Assembly: GCA_012295275.1 (NCBI GenBank)
Contig: CM022670.1
Location: 36,642,001 to 36,706,000 of the forward strand
Length of the DNA: 64,000 nucleotides
Direction of reading: 5' to 3'
Source: Chrysomallon squamiferum
Lineage: Eukaryota > Animalia > Mollusca
Position 1 is the first letter of the stretch, and each line of letters opens with the position of its first letter. Positions 52,446 through 64,000 of the stretch are shown here, piece after piece. The position numbers and the translations under genes were made by a program. Below the pieces are notes generated by a model. That model worked only from the letters and a program-made list of their open reading frames with translations, was not told where the DNA came from and ran no database searches.

Positions 52446-53586
52446 GAGGGACTTTTTTCAGTTTATTCCTTCTTAACAAAGCTGCTACATATATGATTTA
52501 ACACACAAAGATTATGTATTCAGAAGAACGGGCTTATGTCTTTGAAATGTTATTACTTCAGTTTGATTCATGATATAACAATATATATCTTGTATTATTT
52601 TCATTGGGAATACACAGAGAAATCTTATACAAAAAATATATATGATTATGTTCTCTTCATACACTGACATGTTTGACACGAAAACGTGTAGTTTAGTTTT
52701 ATTCTTATTGTCAGAAAGGAGACTACTAAGAATGTCACAGTTTTCTTTAATATTTACATTAATTGATTTACTCAGTAGCAGCTGCGATATTTTCGTCATT
52801 GAAAGATGCTATGAATGAAAACTTACAATTTTTGTTTGTTTCGTTGTTAAATAGATGTAAAATAAAACGTATTGAGCATCGTGGTTTCACGTTAGGTTAC
52901 AATGCATACGGGTATGTATGTATGTATGTATGGATGGATGTATGTATTTATGTATGTATGTATGTATGTATGTATGGTGATGCCTTATTCTTTTTTTTCT
53001 CCCCGATATTCAGAATTTACTATAAAATTAATAATATATAATATATATATATATAAATAATCCGCATAACTATAAACACATAAAATAACTACAGTAATAT
53101 AATGTAAACTAGCTGACATGCTGGTTTTAAAAATTCAGTACACGATACTGTTGAATATTACAGACTGCCTGCCTCTAAAGTACTTAAAATTATATGTCAG
53201 ATATAATATATATATATATACGTTACAGTGCATAGTGTCGTTTATATTTCAGATCAGCGTTTCTCAAGTATGTTGACATAATGCAGTAATAAATGTTATA
53301 AAATGAGAAAGCCTTTCCTGAAACGAAACGTTAAAGATCAAGTTTCGGATAATGGGATGAATAGACGGATAAAACACATAAAAGTTGAAAGGCGCGCGGC
53401 GACACAGTCCCAGCAGACAGACATTCAGACGAATGTATGGATGGATATCTGCTTTCTGTATTTAAATAAAACATATGGTTATCACTCGCCATGAAAACGT
53501 GTGGGTGGACGGTTTCCATTTCTGACTGAATCGATTACTGGCGGTATTACAGTGTTGATGTGAAACGTATGTCTGTCTGAACTGAA

Positions 53587-53651
<65 letters not shown>

Positions 53652-55995
53652 GATACTTACATTTGTAGACACGTACATACTTGCTTACATAAATAGACAT
53701 ATACATTCGCACATACGCACATACGCACCTTCGCGCGAACAAACATACACGCATACATACCTGCTTACCTACCTACCGACCTGCATTCAAACACACAAAC
53801 AGGTAAACACACATGCGTGTAATCACACTCACAAACACATATCAGTTACGTATTTTTTTCTCTTTTTTTTTTTTTTTTTTTAAACAAACCTCTTGTTTAT
53901 CACGATTTACGACTGTGAGTCAAGTTGTTTGCTTTCGTTGCTCGGCTATTTACATTCCACTGACACTGCTATATTTTCATTCCTTCAAGACATCTTCCAG
54001 AAAGAAAACATAAGCATCATTGTTTGCGGCATGCGCATCTATGCCGCATAGCATAGTATTTTGTTTACTTACATAACTGGCAAACCACTGCAGAATGAAC
54101 CTGCGTGTGAATTATACCACTGTTGACAGCTACCGTGCTAGAAAAAAAAAGAAAAATAAAAAAATACTGAGAGGTCCCTCATAATATGTTTTTGTTAGCA
54201 CACGTGCCAAACAGATGCATAATTTTTCCGTCAAACCGCATTCAATCCGGTAAACAATAAAACGCAGATACTGGCTATACTGTTGTTGTGTTATTTAACA
54301 ATGAAAGAGTCGACTCCATATGTTTCGTGTTGCCTAGTTAGGCCGTATTTGGGTGGAGACAAAAATAACTTTAAAATACTACGAAATAAACCTAACTACG
54401 TAATATAACATATTTTGTGATGTTTTATTATTATTATTATTATTGATTTATTATATATTTTTTTATTTTTTTTAAAACTTGGTCAATGCTTCTTTACATG
54501 AAAATAAAACCAGCATGTGAACCAAGTGAATTAACCGACTTCTGATAATATGAGATTTAGTTACAAAAGGTGAGCAGAAGAATCTCTGTGCAATAATATT
54601 GCGTAACTTCAAAGGAATCGATTGTTCTGTGTTTGGCCCAAGACAAGCAGAACTTGTTTTTGATTATACGGTTATTCTGCGTCATAGATACGACCACACG
54701 GATGGGAAAGGAATTCTCTGAGACGGTATACTCTGTGACGGATCAATAGTTTTGGGCTTGAATTGCATGGGGGGACTCTTCGTATCTCCTTGGTCTGGGT
54801 AACCATTTCAGTTACTTCAAAGGGGTTGTTCCCTGACGGATCACCACTTAAAGTATATTTAATTGTTTGCTATAATCTTAGCATCAAGGAAACTAACGCC
54901 GAAATTAATACAAAACCCTAACCTCTCCAAATCAGCACGAAAAATAAGTTCTGATTAAATCTCGGATGTTTACCAATGAAATCCAGGTGCACCACAGTAG
55001 CTATTTAACCTATGATTTCTCTATTCTGTATGACAACGGACTGGCTTTTGCAGTAGAGCTAAAAAATGTGATCTCTTTTCTCTGGTTCCATCACGGATTA
55101 GGATCCTGAAGGTTAAGATTCATTAACTTCATGGTAAACCCGCACATGAAATTTAACTAAATAAAAACCTGCTTGATCTAAAATAGTTATGGTAATTTAC
55201 TATCCTGCTTCATAGTTATAGTTAAAACATTTAGGTTTTCTTCTCATAGTTTGAAATTAATAAAGAAATACAAATGAGTTTCTATTTGCCTTCATAACTC
55301 TTAACTGAATGCCTGTGAATAATAAACAAGGTTATATTTACATAAAAAGAAGCGACTCGGAACATGCACTGGCTTTTCAAACACTAAATCATACCACAAA
55401 ACTAAACGGTTAATCAGTCTATTTTACGATTAACAGTGATACGTGGATTATTTACAGCAAATCTAGATAAGACTTATTTTTGTATCCTGTTTACAAACTT
55501 CATCTCGTCAGGTTTATCGTGTCACCTCAGCCCGAAGCCCACAGCTTGCACGCTGCTGCTGTTGGGCAGACTTTGTCCCCGATCGATCACGTTGTAGACT
55601 GGAAACTTGAGCGCTTCTACGCGGTGCCATATTGATCAGTTGACACAACGCTTTTACCAGCAAAACGTCGCTACCAATAAACCTTCTTAAAGAAGGCTAT
55701 TTTCCGTTAATAAAATAACAGTTTTCTCCAAGCCATGGGCTATGCATACTACATATAAACTGCAAGCTGTTACGATCTAGTTTTCTTCTCACTGAAGCAG
55801 CAGTACAATCATGTCCTTTGTCCGAACATCCGTAGTTTTTCACGGCAGGAAATTTAGAAGTGAATGACTACATCATTTGACATCTTGACAATAAAGAGCT
55901 TTGGAAACTGTGACCCTGTAAGATTGTCACCCGGTTTTGCGTCTTTTTCACGATGAATTTTCCACTTCCGCCAGCGTTAATAATAATAATAATAA

Positions 55996-56059
<64 letters not shown>

Positions 56060-56139
56060 AAAAAAAACTAAATAAATCATTCTATCAATTTCATTTTATT
56101 TATGGTGATTGTAAAAAGATTAAAATACATTTGACAAAT

Positions 56140-56187
<48 letters not shown>

Positions 56188-56627
56188 AAAAAGAAAAAAA
56201 AAAAAAAAAAATATAGAATTTATTTTAAAAGTAGGCTCATATCAAGTATATTAATATATTCATGCTCCTATCACGCCAGTGTAATTATACATTCGCAAGT
56301 AGTGTGATAGCTATTAAAATCTATACACATACATTCATAATTCTGACAGCCTTTGAATATATTTACTGTATTATTTTCTACATTAGCGTAATCTTAGCTT
56401 TATTATTTAATCATTCAACATACACAGTTAATTAAATTGCCAAGCATGTTCAAATTCGCACACATGCCCAAACCCAGTACGCAAGAGTTTAGAAAACAGA
56501 CAGTACTCTTGAATTCATTGAAGGATGTGAAAATTAAAATGCATAGACTGGAAAGACACAATTATGCAAGGAAAAATTGCATTTGCTTTCGTTGAATTTT
56601 TTTACATTTCTCGCAATCTGCTGATGA

Positions 56628-56671
<44 letters not shown>

Positions 56672-56769
56672 TTAACTGTGGTGTTGATAGGTGGGCAGCA
56701 CATTTTTTTAAATGGCGCTTTTCAACAATTTTAAAAATCTTTTGTACCTATTTTTTTGTTATTTATTTA

Positions 56770-56806
<37 letters not shown>

Positions 56807-57601
56807 CACATATATATTGTTATATACCGCGAAAATCGGTAAGATTTTTTTTTTAATTTTTCGATTTTAACTGCGTTTTGTTTTAGCTTACAATCTTTCT
56901 TAGTTTTGTTTGTATATTTTATCACTGTCCACCTAGATTTTTCAAACACACGACAGGACACTTGACTTGGCAACAGATGTACAAATCTGGCTCTGACCTG
57001 CGTTTCTCCAATCTCTTCCATTGTCAGTTGAGATCCAGCCCATTGCTAATAAAGCGTTTTGAATTCTAACCACATCTGGATCATGCATTATTCGTCTGTT
57101 GTCTTTGCTATGCGTAATTATGTTGACTACAGTTACAGGTAGCTTTTGTTACTTGAAAATAATTTATCTTCAGTTTTCTGAATGTTTTTGAATATGGGTA
57201 GTGGGTTTGTATTTAGAAAAAAAAAATAATAATAATACTAACTAAATCAATTTTTTTTTTAGTTTAGACTTCAAAAGTTTAAAATAGCCAAAACAAGGGG
57301 GAAAAAAATACCGGTTAAACTGTATCCATGTTTAAAAATTTGTTTCTGAATACGTTGAATCCTAAACAGTTAATCGATGGAAAGTAGAATGGGTAATATT
57401 TGTCTGAAAATATATTTTTTTGAAGTTACTGTTGTCTTTTTGTGGAGTTTGACTTTTTTTTTTTTTTTATTTATTTATTTATTATTATTATTATTATTAT
57501 GTTTTTTGTTTATTATTATTATTATTTTTTTAGATTACGTGAAGATTTATTTATAAACGTATTTGCCGTTTCAGGTGAATAGTTCCGTGGATAAAATCAG
57601 C

Positions 57602-58702
57602 ATGACAAGCAGTACAAGCAGTAGCTCGAGCTCCAGCCAGAAAAACAAAGATCCTGAAGGAAGAGGTGGATGGTCAGGAAAACTCGATTTCATTCTCACC
57701 TGCATCGGTTATGCTGTTGGTCTGGGGAATATCTGGCGATTCCCTTATCTCTGTTACAGAAGTGGTGGAGGTGAGCGGTTTACTTTTTTCTCTCTATAAA
57801 CCTAGATGTACAGCTGTCATATAGGCCTATTGCCGCCTATGTTTTTAAATAGATAATTAAATAATTAATTTGTTTGTTTGTTTGTTTTATAGACTTTATT
57901 ATCTGTGTATTTAAAACGTTATTCAGATGCCTCGAGATTGAATGGATATCAAGCGATTAAATAACTGATTGGGAATTACTCATTTTTTTATTAATTTTAT
58001 TGAAAAATAATCGGACTCCCAACGTAATCCGCTGAAGATGAACTATTTTTCTTGAATCAGTTTTGTTTTACCAAGTTGAACAAGAAGAACAAATTACACT
58101 ATCTATCTCATCAACACGACTGAAAAAAAAGAAGATAAAATGATGGCACAAATGTTTAAACACGTCTCAATGTTTTTTGTACTTAAGATCTTTACGTTTT
58201 AAACAAAGTTACTCGTTTTGATTAGCAAGAAAATACATGCCATGTTTCGCCATGGAAAGCAAATTCTACGTTTTCACATGAGTCAGTTATGGAGTATTGT
58301 GCTGGTTGGATCCTGCTGCATTCAGTCGAAAACTGAGCTGGTGCAACTCTGGCTAAAAGATATTGAGCAAACATATTTATTCCCTAATACACTCTCCAGA
58401 CATCCCCGACTGCACCATTGTATTCCCATAACAATAATCCTTATATCAAAATACCCTCATTAGCAAGTTAAAATTACTTTCAAAACGAAAATGTCAAATA
58501 TACAAAGTTAACAAGCAGGCTTCCGGGGACTGGTTCATCGTATGCCCGCCATGTACGTAAATAATCGTACAAAATAGCGTAACGTAGAATACCGAGTTTG
58601 ATTAGGCGGAAAAATACGGAAACGATTAATGTGTAAGACAAGTTACATATTTTTAGATATTTGACCTCGCTCTTCTGTTTTACCAAACTGAAACGGCCGG
58701 AA

Positions 58703-58749
<47 letters not shown>

Positions 58750-59834
58750 CAGTATTTACTATAATTATTGTGAATCAGTTTATTGATTATTTTTTCTAAT
58801 TTTTTTATAAACTTGTGTACGCCTTTTTTAACTCATACCAAGACACATTTTCATTCACAAAAAAAAAAAAAAAAATGGAAGTAAATACATAAACAATAAC
58901 ATTACTTACTGGTACGAAGAAGTAGTTCTGTTGACGTCATCCAGGTCAAATAAAGAGACAGAAGCCGAGTTCGTGACCTGGTTGGGGTTTGACCTTTACC
59001 ATGTTAGTAATGTAATCATGATGAATGGAGCTATCTGGCTTGCCTCATAGGCAGATGCAAAACAAAACAATAGCGGTTCGTGACATGGAGCCAGATTGTG
59101 TTTACACTGAAGAAGAAATGCGTGAACACGTTCTTCGATTGTGAAATATTGCGTAGTGCAGAATATTCGGTTAGTTACCTCACAAGTCAGTGAACGACCG
59201 TGGCAGACATATTGATAGAAACAAAAAGTTTTATGAAGGCCTTAACAAAGAAGAACGACGACAACAGCTGCAACTACCACGACCATGACATTAATAATAA
59301 TAAAATAATAATAATAATAAACAATGTTGAAGAAGCGTAGTTTTGGCGGGTTATTTTTTAAATCATTTTTTATTAAAAAAAAAAAAAAAAAAAAAATGGC
59401 ATCTGTAACATGATGCCCGGGGTCAACTCCTTGATTTTATGTCCCAAAGACTCGAGTAGAAATCAACCAAATTTATTAAGTTCTTGTCTCTGATTGGATG
59501 CCTCCCCCACTCGCCCCATATATATGAATAAATATTCCAATACTGAAGGAATGGGAATGGAGATATCATGCAAGATTAATAAATGGGAAATAGTGGAGTT
59601 AGCATTATTTTATTTTTAATATTCTATTAAAAGTTTCTTGTACAAATATATAATTGGTAATGAAATATGCATTTGTATTAATTGTAAGCACGCTTTCTGA
59701 AATTTACTCTTTCGAAAGAAAAATTTTATTAATTACATGTCGCAGCCATTTTTGTTTCTATCTTTTTATATTAATTTGATATTATTTAATAATATCTCAA
59801 ATGTCAAAAACTTTCATGATGGAATATTTATGCG

Positions 59835-59886
<52 letters not shown>

Positions 59887-62214
59887 GCAAAAATAATAAA
59901 AATTAGTAAAAATATTAATTAATACCATATATGATAACGCTTCATATTACATTAATAGGAAACAAAAAGTATCATGAAGTTTAATAATTTAATCATAACT
60001 TTGTTTCTCTTTATTGTCATACTGCAAACGAATTTTTTGAAAAAGCAGGCCTAATATTAGTTTAAAAAGTAGAACCGTAAGAAGTCTGTTTCTACTGTCA
60101 TTCACCCGTGATACATCAATGGACTTGGCGTGTTATGAATATTCAGTGAGATCAAGAGTTTATCATCTTATCACTAAAGTATGAATGAATACAAACATGT
60201 TTGATAATGATTTAAGTCATTTCATGATAGTCGGTAAAGGATTTGTTTGACCTACGGTCAAGGTCATATCACTGATATCAGCGTTATCATTTGTTTTGTT
60301 TACTTAGCCAACTCAAATCAAACGTCTGGTGTTGAGTTTTTGTTCCCGTAAATAAATTTAAAAAAAAAAAAAAAAAAGAAACTGCTTTGATGTTAGTTGT
60401 TTTATATTATGGCTTATTATCTGTTAAATTATTTTTCCCAGCCTTATGGTGACCTTTCATATAACGTAGACATTTTCCAAGAAACATAATCCGAGGTCAA
60501 ATCATTTGTTTATTACGTTTTTACGAAGCTGTTATCGAGATAACAGAATCTTCTGAACTGATTTTTCTTTAATAGTGTTTTTATATATATTTATTTATTT
60601 ATAAAGTAAAGGTTTTGATTTTTAAAATTTGAAATTTATGTATCCACAACTCTGAAGGGTTTTTTTGTTATTATTATTATTATTAAAAGATTTTTTTTTG
60701 ATCTTGTTAATAAATATTTACAAAGTAAAGGTTCGGATTTTTAAAACTTGAAATGTAAATATCCGCGCTTTGTATACAATTTTTTTTTTATCATTATTAT
60801 TTTTATGTTTCTAGTTTATGCTTATGTAATCTAAAATATTTCAAAAATGTTAGAACTTATCCAGTATTTTTGTTAAATACATTCCAAATAAACAGGCCAA
60901 AAGATTTCTATTTTAATTAATAAAGACTTATGTTAACAAATGGTTATTCTCTTCTGAATGTTAAAAAGCAAAACAAGGGGAAATATTTATTTATAAATAC
61001 ATTTTGTTGAAATACGTTTACGTGTGTGTGTGTGTGTTTATATATTTATATCTTTTCGTGAATGTAAATTATGTGTATATGCATATATGTCTGAGTGTAT
61101 ATATATGTATGTGTGTGTGGGTGTGGGTTTGTGTATTTGTCTGAGTATGTGTATCTGAAATTAAATTTAATTTATTGCTCATAAATTAATATCATCTCCC
61201 TAAACCTATATTTATAATTAAATTAAGTTATAAAGTCTGATTTCGAATTTTGAACGTAATAATTTATCAGGTCATTCAGTTATTTTGTAGATCAAAATAA
61301 CCTGCCAGTTCTGAGAATAAACACGATGAGAATCTCTTTGCCGAGTTTCATTCAGTGAGGTTAGGTTACCAGTCGATTCAGAAAACGCAACCGTTCATCA
61401 AAAGATCAGTTTCGTGTTCGTAACCATATTGTTTGAGAGTTGTTTTAGGTGTATTATTAGACCGTGCAAATCCGTTATATAGCGTGTTGAGATTATATTC
61501 TTTAGAATTTACACAGAATCAACACGTAAAAATAAAACAATGTGCGTGGGTGGGTGTGCATGTATGTATGTATCTGTCTGTCCGTCTGTTTGTATGTATG
61601 AATAGTATAAATAAATTAATTAATTAAAAAAAAAGAAATTAATAAAATCTGGTTAATTACTATTCAAAATAAACGAGATTGTTTTTTTTATTATTATTAT
61701 TTATTTATTTATAATTGTTTTTATATAATTATGCAGAAAAAAATGGGATGATTCCGCTTACAAAAAGAAAATGACTTTCTTTATGAAAAAAGATTCATTT
61801 TAAGTTAATGAAAAAATAGAAACAGCCCTTCAGAAAGAACCAGATGGAGGGTTATATGGGTAGCACTCCCACCCTTGAATTCGTGTGTTTTCCCGTCTTT
61901 GCCACAATCTTGTGTGCTTATACTTAATCTCATAAAACTGCACCTTGGTTTCCACGATGTTTCTCAAGATTCTATATATATAATGAACTGAAAAGGATTA
62001 TTTTAAACCATGGTTTTGGAATATAACAAAATGCACTTCACTGTCAAAAGGTAACAAGCAAACTGCTTAAGAATGAGATTTATCATTGAACTTCTTAAAT
62101 GGACGGATTGATATATTTAATGATTGTTTTCTGCTTCAAATCCTAAATCTTTATTTATTTATTTAATTATTTATTTGTAAATGTAACAAAATCTGACAAG
62201 AATTAAACTTTTAT

Positions 62215-62252
<38 letters not shown>

Positions 62253-62634
62253 CATATACATATACACCCTTCATTCATCGCTTTAATTCCATGAATGAAA
62301 AAAACACCGTTGTTAACAAGGCAATTTTTTGTAATATTTTTAAAGGTCTGTTATGGTTTAATATAAATAGAAAATTTTGCAAAATTTTAAATAGTTTTAA
62401 AGGTCAGTTAGAAGGTTTAATATAAATATGAAGATTTATTTATTTATTTATTTATTTCAGGAGCTTTCTTCATTCCGTACATCTTATTCTTGCTGTTGTG
62501 TGGTGTACCACTTTTCTTCCTGGAAGTTTCATACGGACAGTTTTCAAATCTTAGCCCAATAGCAATCTGGAGAATATGTCCATTATTTAAAGGTACGTTT
62601 TGAATTATAGAAAATTCAATCATATTTAATTCTA

Positions 62635-62680
<46 letters not shown>

Positions 62681-62806
62681 TTTTTTATTTAATTATTCAC
62701 AATATCCAAAAACAAAAACATTAATTGATTTTGAAATAAGTCAGTATGTATTAATGCACAGTTAAGATGATAATTATTTCAATAATAATAATAATAATAA
62801 TAATAA

Positions 62807-62839
<33 letters not shown>

Positions 62840-62843
62840 CAAA

Positions 62844-62877
<34 letters not shown>

Positions 62878-63630
62878 TAATAATAATAAAACTGAGAACA
62901 GAAATTATATATATATACATTTTACAAATTCTGCTGATGATAATATTTGTGTAACTACAACAACATTTTCTGTTTAATTACAGGCGTGGGTATTGGCATG
63001 GTTATTGTATCATCTATTGTCTGTATCTACTACAACGTCATTGTGGCATGGGCACTGTATTATCTGGTCATGTCGTTCCGCGGGGTTCTTCCTTGGAGTA
63101 ACTGCGACAACGAATGGAATACTCCAAACTGTGTAGACGACGTCAGCCGTAATTACACCAACGCAACATCGTCCATGTTGCTAAATATCAACCAGTACTC
63201 TAATATGACATACGCTACCATCTCATCAGCAGCGTCCAATATGTCGGTGAAAATAGCAGAAAAACCATGAGTGCCAGTGAAGAATTTTGGGAGTAAGTTG
63301 CAGAAACTAAGTTAAATTAAATTTACATATATATATATACAGTTGCAAAAAACGCACATCTGAAATCCATTACATCGCTTATAACATTATTTTAAACCAT
63401 AAGTACTTTTAAAAAGTAGCTGTTACTGTTAGCAGATTAAATAACTCCTGTCATTTCTGTTAGCAGATTAAATAACTCCTGTCATTTCTGTTTGCAGACG
63501 ACATGTGTTGCAGTTGACTGATGGAATCGAAAACCCGGGAACGTTGCGCTGGCAACTGGTAATTGCGTTGTTTGCCGCCTGGGTTCTGGTCTTCCTGTGT
63601 CTTTTTAAAGGAGTTGCGGTCCTTGGCAAG
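57602..63630 (+). CDS. SLC6 Na+/Cl--dependent transporter (likely glycine/proline amino-acid subgroup), 5' part; continues beyond the window
   Basis: Exons 57575/57602-57770 ([37 protein letters not shown]), 62461-62592 (AFFIPY...[14 protein letters not shown]...WRICPLFKG), 62984-63292 ([12 protein letters not shown]...[15 protein letters not shown]...SASEEFWE, with an apparent -1 frameshift), 63498-63630 ([17 protein letters not shown]...KGVAVLGK). Confidence 0.93.
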
Positions 63631-63884
63631 GTATGGCGGTGGGTGCTATACAACATGCAGAATCCGATTTTTATATCCATTATTTATTTAGTTAATTTTT
63701 CACTGTTGCACAAAGAATCGGTGTCATGATGGTGGTAAATTTAACATTTCAAACAAAATTACTTTTATTAATAAAACAGAAATATTGGTAGATCAAAAAT
63801 AAATTGTAACAGCTTTAAATGTTTCTGATCTCTATTTTATTATGTTATATACTAATACTTTCCAGCACCATCAATTTTTGGTGA

Positions 63885-63921
<37 letters not shown>

Positions 63922-64000
63922 CGTTATAGTGAAACTCGTCTGAATTTTATCTTGTTTCTCGGACATTTTAGACTGAAAGTTCTGTCGGGAATGGTACATA

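Overview
Very AT-rich, intron-containing eukaryotic DNA, dense in (TTA)n/(CA)n/(CT)n microsatellites. It looks like an invertebrate animal; a mollusc such as an octopod is a guess only. The first ~44 kb is a rearranged segmental-duplication cluster with four paralogues (A-D) of an apparently unnamed spliced gene encoding coiled-coil, Death-domain-like, CARD and C-terminal tail-anchor segments. Copy D (minus strand, 34682-39959, 5 coding exons, 430 aa by my splice reconstruction) is intact; A, B and C carry frameshifts or stops. A decayed M6/PLP proteolipid gene was co-duplicated with it (two near-complete copies and one fragment). The cluster is built from two overlapping inverted duplications, including ~8.5-kb arms at 1-8522 and 22312-30955. 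It also holds remnants of a DIRS/Ngaro reverse transcriptase, a SWIM-finger (MULE-like) transposase and two Tigger/pogo elements. From 44 to 57 kb is repeat-rich non-coding DNA with a 45-bp minisatellite. From 57.6 kb to the end lie the first four recognisable coding exons of an SLC6 Na+/Cl--dependent transporter, with a one-base homopolymer frameshift in exon 3. All calls were made by eye; no searches were run.
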